Positions 36,073 to 49,910 of a stretch of DNA of 64,000 bases are shown here, piece by piece (the stretch's first letter is position 1; each line of letters begins with the position of its first letter). The notes below the pieces were generated by a model that saw only the letters and a list, made by a program, of their open reading frames with translations, searched no databases and was not told where the DNA came from. The DNA lies in assembly GCF_009914755.1 (NCBI RefSeq), contig NC_060926.1; one strand, written 5' to 3'. Origin of the DNA: the human T2T-CHM13v2.0 reference genome, Homo sapiens. The translations under genes and the position numbers were made by a program.

Positions 36073-36727
36073 AAATCAATCTTCATTATTTACAGATTTC
36101 ATATCTTCAAATTTGCCTACTTGCTAAAATTTATTTGTAATCCTAAAATCAATACTTGGGGCACTTTTGTGGTCATTTGTAGACATGCTCAGAGCAATGA
36201 AAATTTGTTGCCAGACTTGCACATTCCCAGCTGAGGTCAAATAAAGCAATACTCTGCCTTCTTGCTTCCACTATTATACAGTATACTACAGTATACGAGT
36301 ATCCTTTTCTGTTCTATTTAATGTGACGTTTCACAATTTTGTGCTTTATATTAGTGATACTGCTGTTTAAAATGGCCCCCAAGCGTAATGCTGAAGGGCT
36401 GTCTACTGTTTCTACATGCAAGAAGGCTGCAATGTGCCTTATAGAGAAAGGATGTGAGTTAGGTAAGCCTCATTCAGGCATGAGTTAGAGTGCTAGTCAT
36501 GAGTCCAAAGTGAATGAATCAACACTATGTGTTAAATAAGGCGTCATTAAACAGAAACACAAATAAAGTAAGTTTGTGTGTTTCTTAGCTGTTGTATATG
36601 TTGTGGCCAGAAGCTCAAAGGAACCTAACCCTGTATTTCCCCTAGGAGCAATGGTTCAATATTCACTAACTCAGTGTTTGTGGTGACTTTATAGAACATA
36701 ACTATCATGAATAATGGTAATTGACTG
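36073..36727 (+). mobile_element. MER82 (TcMar-Tigger) DNA transposon fossil
   Basis: aatttgcctacttgctaaaatttatttgtaatcctaaaatcaatact...cccagctgaggtc. Degenerate TIRs tcaatcttcattatt / aataatggtaattgactg. Confidence 0.85.
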
Positions 36728-36757
36728 CATTTATTCATTTATTCATTCACCATTTAG

Positions 36758-37180
36758 TGTTACTAAGAAAGAGAACCAGTCTCTTTCCATGTTTATATTA
36801 TGTAATGAGAAATCTGACTACAGTTTTTGATATTTAACTGCTAACAGCTTTTAAGTCTTACTCCTCCTTCTCCTTTTTGTGCCTCACATGTGACAAGCTG
36901 ATAAGAAAACCCAGATGCCATCTTCTTTGGCACTAGTGGGAGATTCCAACCATGTAAGCTCCTACTCATAAACCACAGTGAAAACTCAAGCCTGTCTCCT
37001 TTCCTTGCTCTCTTGCACCATTTCGAGCCTGCTTGAGAAGCCTGCTTTCCCCAGAGACTTTAATGATGAAAGCAATAATCCTTTTTATACCCTCTTTGTA
37101 TGTTTATGGTAGCTTCTGTCCTAACATTGAAACCACATTTTGGGTGGGTGGTTCTATCTGCTTCAGCAAGTGACAGTAAT
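36758..37180 (+). mobile_element. LTR47-like ERVL solo LTR
   Basis: caagctgataagaaaacccagatgc...tttggcactagtgggagattccaaccatg...aaccacattttgggtggg. Confidence 0.7.
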
Positions 37181-38699
37181 ATATTAATACACATTTATTT
37201 TATAGCTTTAATGAACTAATGTAATATGTCACTTTATATTTCTAAGAGATCCTAACTTTGAGGGACAAGGTATACAAAAGATACATTTCAGAGAAGGAAT
37301 CAGAATGATGTGTGAAGAGGTAGGGCTCCAAGTCAAAGATAGCTCCATGGGGATGAGCAAGCAGGGGTGTATTTAATCCACATGAAAGCAAAACACTTCG
37401 TACATAGAATGCATTCAAATGATGGCTTGCATTTTACTTGTTTTTATTTATGCTCTACATCCTTTCAGGTTCGGATGTTTTTTCTTTTTCTTGTCATGAT
37501 GGTCAATGGAATTTATGGACATTTTCCAAGTTTCCAAAACAATAAGAATTTGTCGAAATGATAACCTGACAAATATTCAGAGTTTCCCTCAAACCACAAA
37601 ACATCCAAATCAGCAGGATTTAGAAAATAAACTATTGATCTAAACACACGCAGGTCTTTGTAGTGCTCTTCAAGTAACATATTGCTACCTAGCCCTAGGC
37701 ATGGATTTTACCAGGCCTAAAAACAGAAACAGGGATAAACAGAGGTATCAACTAATGTGAAACACTTTCCAGTTTATAGGTCAATCTTTTCTGTCCCTTC
37801 AGACCATTAAGGCAGGTCTAACACCTAGAATTCATTCCAAATTACAAAACCCACCACTATAAGAACAGAACAGGTGCCAGGATCCAAAATGTGTATAAAT
37901 TCCTCAATATTACCCAGAAGAATTTCTAAACAGTTTCTATTTTCATCAGAAAAAGCTGGTATATACTGCTGCTGCCACTGGAGAGGACAATTAAGAGTTT
38001 GTTAAATGAGGGCAAAAAAAGAAAAACACCTCTCCAGATGCATACTTTAAAACACTAGAATTAAGAGTATCATTATCTAAATTTTTCAAAAGAAAGATTG
38101 CTCAAGCCCAGTGATATTGCTCACAGAAGTAGTAGCAGTGGCTTCCGCTGCCTTCTTCCACATGGCCTGCTTCCTGGCTAGGAGCTGTATTTTACCTAGA
38201 GAACTTACTTTGCAGGTATTACTCAAGTTGTTCTCTGAACCTAAAACACTTACACACTGAATTTGAACTTAGACAGGAAGCCTGTTGTATGTTTCTCCTT
38301 TTCCTGTTCCTCACATTTAGATGAATAAAGGCACATGTTTTCCCTAGGAGGTAAAGCAAAATGTGGAGACTGGCTTTCCTTTGAAAGCATTTTGAATAAA
38401 GTACTTACAGGTCTAGGTTGGGTGAGAGGTATAAAATAGTATGACTTTTTTTTCTCCTTTTCCCTTGGATTATCAGAAGTGAAAATTATAAAAAGTTCCA
38501 GATATTTTTATCACCATAGTCTCATCTAAAGTACCTATAATAGTTACATTTTTGTAGCTGAGAGTATTATAGGTCAAAAAGTTTCTGGCAATCTCCAAAT
38601 GTTGTCTCCCGAAAGCCACCTCCTTCCTTTACTATGTTAACAGCACCCCCAAATTGTTCACCTATCCAGTAACTGTGTGTTTCAGGGGACACTAAGCCT

Positions 38700-39130
38700 G
38701 TCTTCAACAATCGTGGTATCATTTCCTTTGCTAGTGACTATGCACAAGGAATGCAATTTAGCCATGAGACATTGTGTAAAGTGTTCTGGGGTTAGTTTTA
38801 TTTTTGGAAACTTGTATTTGTTCTTAAAAGGGAACCAAGGAAAAGGCAGCCTTTTTTCCAGCTTTTTGCATTGCTGTGTGAGAATGAAAGCCTTGAGATG
38901 GTGCATGCATTTTATGATGGTGAGGGAGAGATAATCTGAAGACAAAAAAAAATAAAAACTCTGGGAAGATGGCAAAATATTAAATCAAGAGAATCTGGAA
39001 CATTTTGCTTCTGGATTACCTTTTCATCCTCTATTTGAACATGTTATGTTAATTAATACATTTTCATTTTAATTAAACACATTTTTAGAAAGTGCTTCTG
39101 ATAGTTTTAGGATAGAGCATTCCTAAATAG
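38700..39130 (+). mobile_element. Old MLT1 (J/K/L-like) LTR remnant
   Basis: gatggcaaaat...aagagaatctgga, and a 3' end agagcattcctaa. Degenerate. Confidence 0.4.
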
Positions 39131-40189
39131 CATCTGCAAATCCATAGCACATGTAATTTAGTCAACTCAAGATACAAAACCAGATTTTTCTGACTCCAGA
39201 CTCTGGGGCCATTTTAATATTATAGTTACTTCTTGTCCCATGTTAGTGTGTAATAGCTAATTATTTAGAAGAAGGCAACATATTGAACTTAATTTCCTTA
39301 CCAACATAAAAGTAGAATTCTGTGAAACGTTAGAAAATAAGAAAAAAAGCTAGATTTGTTCATGTGATTACTACATGTCACATACTTATATTGCTCAATA
39401 TTCATTGTGGATGATGAAGTTACTAAAATTTGAATAATTAATTATAAGATATTTTAAAGATTTTCATTTAGCACTCACTTCAGATTTCAAAATCTAGATT
39501 CTCAGTTCTTCTTTATGCCTGTCTCTAGTTCTCAATTACAGGTTGTCTTGAATTCTTTCTGTTCTAAGAACAAATTTATCAACCTTACACCATCACCACC
39601 ATCATCATTATTTTCCTTTGATGGATGAGTGTAGTGAAAAAGGAAGTATCTCTAGGGAAAGCTTCTTTGTCATCTATCACTTCCACCATATATGACCCAA
39701 ATCCTAACCAACAATATTTTCTCCTTAAGAGAGGCATTGAAGTGAGATACTGACATCTTCAAACTGTGTCTACAGACTCCTTTCCTGTTCAAGACATCAT
39801 TGGCACCAGGTCTCACACCTAAGCACCTCTCCATGCCTGTCTGTTGCATACTATTATATTACAAATCACCTGCTCCACATAGACTTTCCTGACCTCTTCA
39901 GGCTAGCAGGCACAATTCCATAATATACTGAGTATAGTTCCACCTATCCGAAGATTTTCAGTGTCCCCATTGTCTTTGTAAGCACATTTAGGCAAATACT
40001 ATTTGACATGCCTCTGATTATCTCTTGCATTTGTTGATGTTCATTAAATATTTCATGATATGTATATATCTAAATATATATATTCCAGAAATCAAACCAA
40101 ATTCAATGTAAATACTATATGATATAAATACTGTATGAATTTATACTGTATTCAGTATAAATATTGTCCTAAAAGCTTTAATTCTATTA

Positions 40190-40372
40190 ATAATTAATCA
40201 TCAAAATAACCTGTATAGCATAGGTAATTCATTTTACTATTCCCATTTTCATAGAGAAAGAAAGCAAGGTTAAGTAACTAACCCAAAATCACACAACTAG
40301 GAATTGGTGAAGTAAGAATTTGAATGCAGGCAATCTTGCTTCAGAGTCCATGAAGCTACTATATTATGCTTC
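40190..40372 (-). mobile_element. MIR SINE
   Basis: attcccattttcatagagaaagaaa...ggttaagtaactaacccaaaatcacacaactag...gaatttgaatgcaggcaatct. Confidence 0.8.
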
Positions 40373-40507
40373 CTTCCTGTAAACATTCATCAGCTACCCA
40401 TATGACTCAAGCTGTACTCCTTACTGACTTCACAGTGCTTGCTTTAATTAGAATCTAGTTCTCTTAGAAAGCAGATATGTTGAAAAATATTAATGATTAA
40501 GGAGCAT

Positions 40508-40902
40508 TGTAGAAGAGATTATCATCTGCAACCACAATGTATACTCCCTCTTCCTGAATATAGACTTGTTACTGGGGTAGCTATCTAGCAGGGATTACAT
40601 TTCCCAGTCTTCCTGCATCTAGATGCATCCATCTATCTAACCTATTGTGAAAGAAAAAACTTGTATCACTTTTAGGGAAACATTTTTTATATCTTTTTCC
40701 TCTTACCAGCTGGATGAAGACAAGTATAAGGCCCTACTAGAAAGTAAAGCTAAATAATAAAGGAGCATGAGTTCCTGTGGGTCCTTCTGGGAGGACAGTC
40801 ACCAAATACTGGGAATATTCATATGTAACTTTTAGGTAGGCACCAAAAGTCATTTATTGTTCTGAGACTTTATTCCATTTTGAAGACTGTCAGTAACTAA
40901 CA
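40508..40902 (+). mobile_element. MLT1J-like LTR
   Basis: gattacatttcccagtcttcctgcatctagatg...aaggagcatgagttcctg...taactaaca. Confidence 0.65.
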
Positions 40903-41959
40903 CAAGCATGTTACAGATGCAGGAATGTTATAGATAGTTGCCTACCTGATTCATACTATATTTTGTGAGCCAAATACTTTTATTTCTATAAAAACTATGG
41001 TTCTGAGAGATTGATTAGATTGACAAAGGTGATACAGTTCAAGAGTGTCTGACTCCAACAGCTATACCATGCTACAACAATGCACTATTTATAACATTAG
41101 AACATGCATCTTGCTTCTGACTTTAAGTATTACAAATCATAACACTTTTTTGCTGTCATATGGGCACACCATTCTGAAAAAGAGAACTTTCTAAAAGACA
41201 TTAATCCTCTCACTTCTTCCTGATTAATAAAACTCTGGTTGGTCTTGGTGCAGTCCTTTGTATTTGGCAATGTTAGAACAATGGGCTTCTCAATTTTGAC
41301 ATTCCCTTGCTGTCCAAGTAACAAGTTTATCTGAGAGATTTTGAGAAAGCTTTTCTTGCCTTCTGAAGGAAAGCAAACAAACAACTGATTCTCCTTTTTC
41401 CTGCTTAAATATGGATAGAAACATGGGAGCATCCCTATTCACTTGTAACCACGAAGAAAAGGCCAAGACCATTGCAGAGAGGTGTGAATCAACTCCAATA
41501 ACAACTCACAACTCAACTTTTTATATGAGAAAAAATTCCTATATGTTTAAGCCATAGTGTTTTCCATTATTTAGAGCTAAAAACAATCTTTACCAAGGAA
41601 ATTATCATTCAGTAGTTTTTTTTTTCAATATAATCTTACCAATTTATACCAACATCCCATCAGGGTGCACTATATCTTTATGACAGTCTAATGACTCTTT
41701 ATCAATACTTGAAAATTTCGTTTCAATTTACTATCAGGTAAGGCATTTATTTTCTATAGTATGTCTTTATGGAAGAGATTAGTTTGTTAAATATAAAGGG
41801 TTTAACTTGTTTAATATGCATTCTCACTAACTGTGTCTTTGTCATGGAAGATTGGGGAAAAGGAGAGGAGTGAGGAAATCTGTGAAGTAGGGAACACCAA
41901 ATAAATATTTTGATATTTGATATTAAAAATACTGAATCAGATAAGTTACAGAATTCAAA

Positions 41960-42160
41960 GGAGTGACTGAGAATCCTTTTCTATTTTTTAGCTTTATTTG
42001 CTGTGCAACCGTGAGCAAGTTGATTTTCTATTCTAAGTTTTGGCTTTCTCAGCTATAGGACAGTACTAAAGACAGTATGAAGTTTACTGATTGTTGTAAG
42101 TTTTCAGTGCCATGCACAAGTGTTATGCACATTGATAACCCTCAAAAACAAGCACTATTG
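41960..42160 (+). mobile_element. MIR SINE
   Basis: gctgtgcaaccgtgagcaagtt...tctaagttttggctttctcagctata. Confidence 0.55.
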
Positions 42161-43294
42161 TTTTCATTGTCATCATTATCCAATATTGATAATGGTCCTG
42201 AAATGTCAAAATATCTCTACTAAAGACACTATGTGAGTCCTTGAAGTGATTTAAGAGGATGGCTATATGTTCTCTAATTTATTCTGCATGGAAACTATAT
42301 AGTAACTTGACAATTAGAACTTGATTCATTAGAATGAATGCATCATGGGATGCATTAATTTACTTGATTGCCTTTTAGTTTTACAACTACCTTAACTTAA
42401 AGCTAACTTTTAAATTTAATAAAAGAGACAAAAACAATGTGCAACTTATGGCACAAGCTAATGATAAGGATATTAAGCAACTTTCTATTCTCTACCGAAA
42501 GTTATTTTAAAGTATAGATAAACAATGCTGCTAGGAAGAAATTTTAGGTAAGTCGGCAACTTTCAAAAGAAATTGGGGTCTGTAGAGAATATTTGTCCTT
42601 TGTATAAACTACTTTTAATTCAGTGCTTTATCCTTCTAGGTTAAGGGTTATTTTAACCTCTATGAAGTATGAGAAAATTTAGATAGCCCTACAGTCTCTT
42701 TTAATTTACCTTTCTCTGCTTTTAAAATAATAGAAAAAAAATGGCCATTTAAATGGATAAGACATCAGGTTGGAACTTGATTAAGTACTTCGAACCATTA
42801 GAAACAGACTCTGTAAAGTCATTTGATCTTTATCTCTTTTGTAGTTTATTTTAATGTCAGGAAATATTTTACATGCCCTGCCTTCCAAATCAGGTAATTT
42901 TGCAAATTTAAAATTTTTGTGTGGCAATCTTTTCATTGCTTTGATATTAGGCTACTAAATGTAATCTAGAAATAAGTTTATACCTAATTCTGAATCAAAA
43001 TTTTCTGCACAATTTGCTGGACAAGCATTCAGAAATCCAGCTTCTATACCAGACACTGACCCTCAACTCATCTTGTGTCATGTAGGAACCCATCTTCCTT
43101 CTTTTAGCCTTAATTTCCTCAAATTTAAAAGCAAAATAATTGGACTGGAACTCTATGGCTACAGCTTCTTCTGCTTATACAATTTTCCTTATTACAATGC
43201 TTACTATGGTCAGAGTTTTCTTGTGTAGTAATATAGGACATAAGAATCCTTGCAGTTTTTAGGAAAAAGTAAATTTTTCCCATAGAAAATTAAC

Positions 43295-43810
<516 letters not shown>

Positions 43811-43814
43811 ACAT

Positions 43815-43912
43815 ATCAGTTTAGCTCCACCTGGTCTCTCCCTTGACACGTGGGGATTATGGGGACAATTCAAGATGAAATTTGGGTGGGGACACCAAGT
43901 CTAACCGTATCA
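43815..43912 (-). mobile_element. THE1D-like LTR, ~95-bp terminal fragment only
   Basis: ctccacctggtctctcccttgacacgtggggattatgggga...tttgggtggggacac...aaccgtatca. Confidence 0.85.
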
Positions 43913-44787
43913 GACTTACATAGAAATACTTCCATTTTCACTTTGTAAAATATTCTCTATTGGAATAATGACAACCATAGTAACCCATATTTGTAAAACA
44001 CTTTAGAATCCTATTTATCCTTGTATTATATGTAGGCAGGTATTATTATAACTATTCCACACCTGATAAAAATGAGAATTATTGAATAAACTATTTGAAC
44101 AACTTTAAAAAATGAATATGTGGCAAAAAAGGAACTCAAAATAAGTTTTTAATACAATTAAAATTATATTTTCATTCTGGTCTTACTAATGGAGTAATGT
44201 ACATGAAAATGGTTGGCAAACGTTGAACACCATAGGAATGTTAGATGGTATTTACTGTCATTAATTTCATTATTAGGCATAAGATAATTAATGTACAATG
44301 CCAACCATGTTTCTGTAAAAAACTGCATATGTAGAAGATCCTCCCTGAAGCAGGGCCCAGGAGATAACCACAATGAGACTGTTTAATTAAACAGGTGTAA
44401 GTGAAATAAAGGGAAGCAGAATCAAAAACATTTGATTCTATGAATTACATATGAATTGGTTTATAATAACTATATTAAGAAAACAATAGCTGGGCAACTG
44501 ATGACTTAAGCTACTTGAATGAAGCCAATGTTCCAAATTACCTAGCTACTGAATATAAAGCATATTTAGCCCACAAACTCCTGAGAATACGGGACACTTT
44601 ATACAATGGCACAATAAAGTACAAGCAAACTGAATGTGCTTCCTCAAAGCCTTAAAAAGAGTTCTCATTTTTGACTGCATGAAATCTGTATAAAGTAAGT
44701 CACATCAATGTCTGTCTGCCCAAACCCCCTTTTAAGGAAGTTCTTGCTCAAGGATTCACATATTCCAAGGAAAGTCAACCTGTATGC

Positions 44788-45434
44788 TGTTCTGTTATCT
44801 GTTCTTCCAGTTATCAATTGTATTGTCTACCACTTCCAAGTCCATTCTTCATTGCCAGATCTGCAATAACAGAGATGGACCCTGTAAATATCCTTGGTCA
44901 ACTGTCACGTTGTTAAGTGCTGTCATTAGAGGGCAGTAGATAAACAGTACAAAAAGAAAGGGTTTCTCTTCTTGGATCTGAGCTGTTCCTCTTGCTAAGT
45001 TCCTGCAGTTCAGGTGGCTGTTTCAGAGCTCAGTAGTCAGTAGCTCTTTCCCAGACACCCTTGGAGACGAGGCACATTCCTATGAACGCTTCTCTGAGAG
45101 ACTGTTGGGAGGCCTTACAGCAAGTTATAAAAACCGAAACTCCCAGTAGGCAATTTTCCTTGATGTCCCAAAGAGCAGAATTTACAAAAGTCCTGCTACA
45201 ACATCTCAGTAACTTATCTACCATCCTTTATCCATAGTTGTTCCCTCTCCAGACAGGTCTGGATCTGAGCCCGGGATGGGGGAGAGCTTTAACATTCTGT
45301 TCCTTCCTTGGTCACCAGATCTAACCCCAGAGCTAAAGCCTACTCTACATGTGCCACTTCTTTACTCTTTAGAATTCTCCCTCTTCTTTTCTTACTACCA
45401 AATCCAATCACGTGTCATAATTAATAATACTTTA
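44788..45434 (+). mobile_element. LTR41-like ERVL LTR, 5' part (3' part at ~52051-52133)
   Basis: gatggaccctgtaaatat...tgttaagtgctgtcattagagggcagtag. Confidence 0.65.
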
Positions 45435-47697
45435 AAAATATGTATTCAGATATAAATCACATACATTCATCAAGACCAACTTAAAGGGTACAATTCAATA
45501 GTTCTTTAGTATATTCACAAGATTTTGCGACAATGACAAACATCTAATTCCAAAACACTTTCACAGTCCAAAAAGAAATCCTACACATGTTAAGCAGCCA
45601 CACCCCATTGTTCCACCTACCAACACCTTGCAACCATTAATCTACTTTTTATCTGTGGATTTCTTTCTCTATGCCTATTCTGAAGGTTTCATATAAGTCA
45701 ACTCAGACAATAGGTAGCCTTTTGTGCCTCCTTTCACATAGCATAGTTTTCAAGGTACATCCATGTTTTAGCATGTGGTAGTACTTTCTTTTTGTGTGTG
45801 GCTGAGTAATATTCTATTCTGTGAATATACCACATAGTGTTTTATCATCAGTTGATGAACATTTGAGTTGTGTCTGCTATTTGACTGTTACAAATAAGAC
45901 TACAAAGATTCAGGTACAAGTTTTTGTGTGAATGTGTATTTTTAATTCTCTTGGTTATATACCTAGAAGTATAATTGCTGGCTTATATGGTAACTCAATG
46001 TTTAACATTTAAAGGAAAGACCAAACTGATTTCCACATGGCTGTGCCATTTTACATTTATACATAACGCCATGTATGAGGATTACAATTTCTCTACATTT
46101 TTGACAAGGTTGAGGAAGTTTCTATAATTTCTAGTTTGTTAAGTGTTTTTTTAACTAAAAAAAAAATAGAGGTGTTGTATTTTGTCAAATGCATTTTTTC
46201 AATTAGCCAGGTCATGTGCCCTTCCCCTCCTCTCTCTTAATATGATGTGTCAAATTAATTAATTTGTATATGTTGAAAAAATCTGGGATTCCTAGGAAAA
46301 ATCCCACTTGATCATGGTGTATAATTCCTTCATATGCCGATGAATTCAGTTCATTTGTCTTTTGCTGTGATTTTTGCAAATATATTCTCAAGTTATATTG
46401 ATCTGTAGTTTTATTTTCTGTTGGATCTTTAAATGTTTGGTAGGATTCACTGGTGAAATCATCCAGTCCTGGGTTTTCGATGTTGTTGGCAGTTTCTTAT
46501 TACTAATTCAATCTCTTGATAAACCTGTTGAGTTTTTCTCTCTCTTCTTCATTCGGTTTTGATAGTCTGTGTCTTTCCAAGAATTTGCCCATTTCATCGA
46601 CATTACCTAATTTGTTAGCATACAGCGGTTTGCAGTTTTAGAATCCTTTTCATTTTTATAGAGCTAATAGTAATGTCCCTTTTTTATTCCTGATTTTAGT
46701 AATGCGAATTGTCTAATTTTTCTAGGTCAATCTTGCTAAAAATTTGATTTGGTTGTTTGCAAACAACTTCTGATTTCATTGATTTTTCTCTATTGTCTTT
46801 TGCTCTTCTCTTCAATTCATTTATGTGCTAATCTTTGTTACTTCTTTCCTTAGGTTCGCTTTGGGCTTAATTTAATTTGGTATTTCAAATTTCTTAAAAT
46901 GAAAGTTAGTTATTAATTTGAAACCTTCTCTTTGTGTGTCTAGAGCTATAAATTTCCCTTGAGTACTGCTTTGGGTGCATCCTATAGTTTTCCATAGGTT
47001 GCTTTTACTTCTATAAATCTCAAAATATTTTCCACTTTCCTCTGTGATTTATTATTTGACTCATTGGTTATTTAGGAGTATGTTGTTTACATTTAACATA
47101 TTTGTGGCTTTTTAAATTTTCCTCTTATTTTCAGTTTTAATCCATCGCGATCAGATAATTACTTTGTATGGTTTCAATTACTATAGATATATTGAACCTT
47201 TTTTGATGGCCTATTCTAGAGAATGTTTCACATGCAACTCAAGAAAATTCTATATTCGGCCATTTTGAGAATATCATTTGTAGATATGTTTTACATATAG
47301 TTTGTTTATAGTGCTTTTTATGTCTTCTGATTTCTTGCTGATATTCTCAGTAGTTAGTTGTTTGAGCCATTATTGAAAGTAGCATATATAATTTTCCAAT
47401 TATAGTTACTGAATTATCTATTGTCCCTTCAATTTTATGTTTTTTGTCATATATTTAAGAACTCTTTGTTAGGTAAAAACATGTTTACAAATTTTATATC
47501 TTCTTAAGTTGATCTTTTCATTGTAATAAAATGTCCATCTTTGTATTTAGTAACATTTTTTGTCTTAAAGTCTATTTTATCGGATATTACTGAAGCTATC
47601 TCAAGCACTCTTTTTATGCTATTTGTATGGTCTGTCTTTTTCTATTTATTTTGAGCCTATTTGTGTCTTTTGTTTTTTGAGACAGAGTCTCAAAAAA

Positions 47698-48865
47698 GGT
47701 TTTTTCTAAGTCTGTGAAAAATGAGACTGGTAGTTTGATAGGAATAGCATTAAATCTGTCGATTACTTTGGAAAGTATGTCCATTTCAATGTTATTGATT
47801 CTTCCAATCAATGAGCATTAAATGGTTTTGCATTTGTTTGTGTCATCTGATTTGTTTTAGCATTGTTAGAGTACTCCTTGTAGGATCTTTCACCTCCTTG
47901 GTTAACTGTATTCCTAGATATTTTAGTTTTTGTTTCCATGGCTATTAAAAATGTGATTCCATTCTTGTTTTGGCTCTCAGCTTGAATCCTTTTGGTATAC
48001 AGAAATGCTATGGATTTTTGTACATTGGTTTTTGTACCCTAAAAACTTACGGAAAATTTTTATCAATTCTAGGATCTTTTTGTTGGAGTTTCTAGGGTTT
48101 TCTGAGTAAAGCGTCATATTGTTAGTGAAGAGAGATAATTTGACTTCCTTTTGTCCTATTTGGATGACTTTTATTTCTTTCTCTGGACTGATTTCCCTTG
48201 CTAGGATATCCAGTACTGTGTTGAACGGGACTGGTGGGAGTGGGCATACTTGTCCTGTTCCTGTCCTTGAGGGGAATGCTTCTAGCTTTTGCCCATTCAG
48301 TATGATGTTTTCTGTGGGTTTGTCCTAGATCGCTCTTATTATTTTGAAGTATGTTCCTTTGAAGCCTAATTTGTTGAGGGTTTTTATCATGAAGAGATGA
48401 TGGATTTCACTGAAAGCCTTTTCTGTGTCTATTGAGATGATCATATGGTTTCTGTTTTTAATTCTGTTTGTGTGGTGAATCACATTTATTGATTTGCATA
48501 TGTTGAACCAACTTCGCATCCCAGAAATAAAGCCTAGTTGATTGTTGTGAATGAACTTTTTGATGTGTTGCAGGATTTGGTTCGCTAATATTTTGTTGAG
48601 AATTTTCGTGTCTATGTTCATCAAGGATATTGGCCTGTAGTTTTCTTTGTTTGTCTTTGCCAAATTTCGGTGTTAAGGTGATGCTGGCTTCATAGAATAA
48701 GTTAGAAAGGAGTTTGTCCTCCTCGATTTTTTTTCAGAAAAGTTTTAATAGAACTGATAATAGCTCTTCTTTGTATGTCTGGTAGAATTAAACTGTTAAT
48801 CCATTTGGTCCAGGGCCTTTTCTGTTGTTTGGATTTATATTACTTATTCAATTTTGGAACTCAAT
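47698..48865 (-). mobile_element. L1 (L1P4/L1PB-like) ORF2 RT fragment
   Basis: Peptide [45 protein letters not shown] (48325-48663). Confidence 0.9.
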
Positions 48866-48984
48866 ACTTGAGAATATAGTTGCAAAAATCACAGCAAAAG
48901 ACAAGTGAACTGAATTCATCAACATATGAAGGAATTATATACCATGCTCAAGTAGGAGTCACTGGAGTCACTGCTGATTCCTAG

Positions 48985-49910
48985 GAGTCATTGCTGGAGG
49001 GCTAGTGTAATCCTTAGATGGCATCACAACATTCAGATTTTTCATGGTGCCAGATTCTCGTGCTGATTTATTCTCATCTGGAGATGGTGGCATTCCTAAT
49101 TTTGTACATATATTAATGAAGATAGAATTGTTTTTTCTTTCACTTTCCTCACTCCCTAGGGGATGTTACTGTAGAGATTGTTGAGTAGGGTTTTTTTGAC
49201 TTTATTTCTATATCCCCGTGTAATTCTGTTGGCAGGTTCTATATTGGGCTGTGTGGTTTGATCTACAGGCCTGTAGATGGTACTTATAGGTAAGAGACAG
49301 CTATAGCCAATATGGATGGTCATATACTTGATCCTTGCTTACTGGACGAAGCTCTCTGTTGCATCAAGTAATGGGCTTATCCATGGAGTACACAGTGGTT
49401 TGAGGTTTCTGCTCATCCCAGGGTGGGGCAAGATGGGCAGGTCTGGACCAGGCAGTCCTGCTTACACATCCCCCAATGGCAAGTACAAGCACCAGAATGG
49501 AGGGGGACACAGTAGGTAGCAACCAAGTGCCCCAGAGGTGTGTTTAGGCATGGAGCTGAAGAGCACCTTGGCCCCAAGCTCTCTGCATGTTGGTGGGGAC
49601 GCTAACCTCCTACTCCAGAAAAGTGTGTGCTCCAGATGCCTGGAAATCTGCATAAGTGTGGAGTGTAGAGGGCCCTACTACACTACAATCTATTCAGAGC
49701 AAGGGTGGGGTGATTCAGCTGGTTATCCAGGTGAACAGGTGCTCCAGATGCCTGGAGATCTTCCTGAGCATAGAGTGGAGAGAACCCTGCTTCACCACAC
49801 CTCTGCACAGGAAGGATGGGTGGCTCAGGCCATCCAGGTGAGTAGGAGCTTTGACTGCCTAGAAATCTGCCTGGAAGTGGAATGTAGAGGGCCTCACTGT
49901 ACCATGATCT
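48985..49910 (-). mobile_element. L1 5' region (L1P4/L1PB/L1M-type) with ~110-bp tandem units
   Basis: ttcatggtgccagattctcgtgctgatttattctcatctggaga. Three repeat units start at 49629, 49741 and 49848. Confidence 0.7.
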
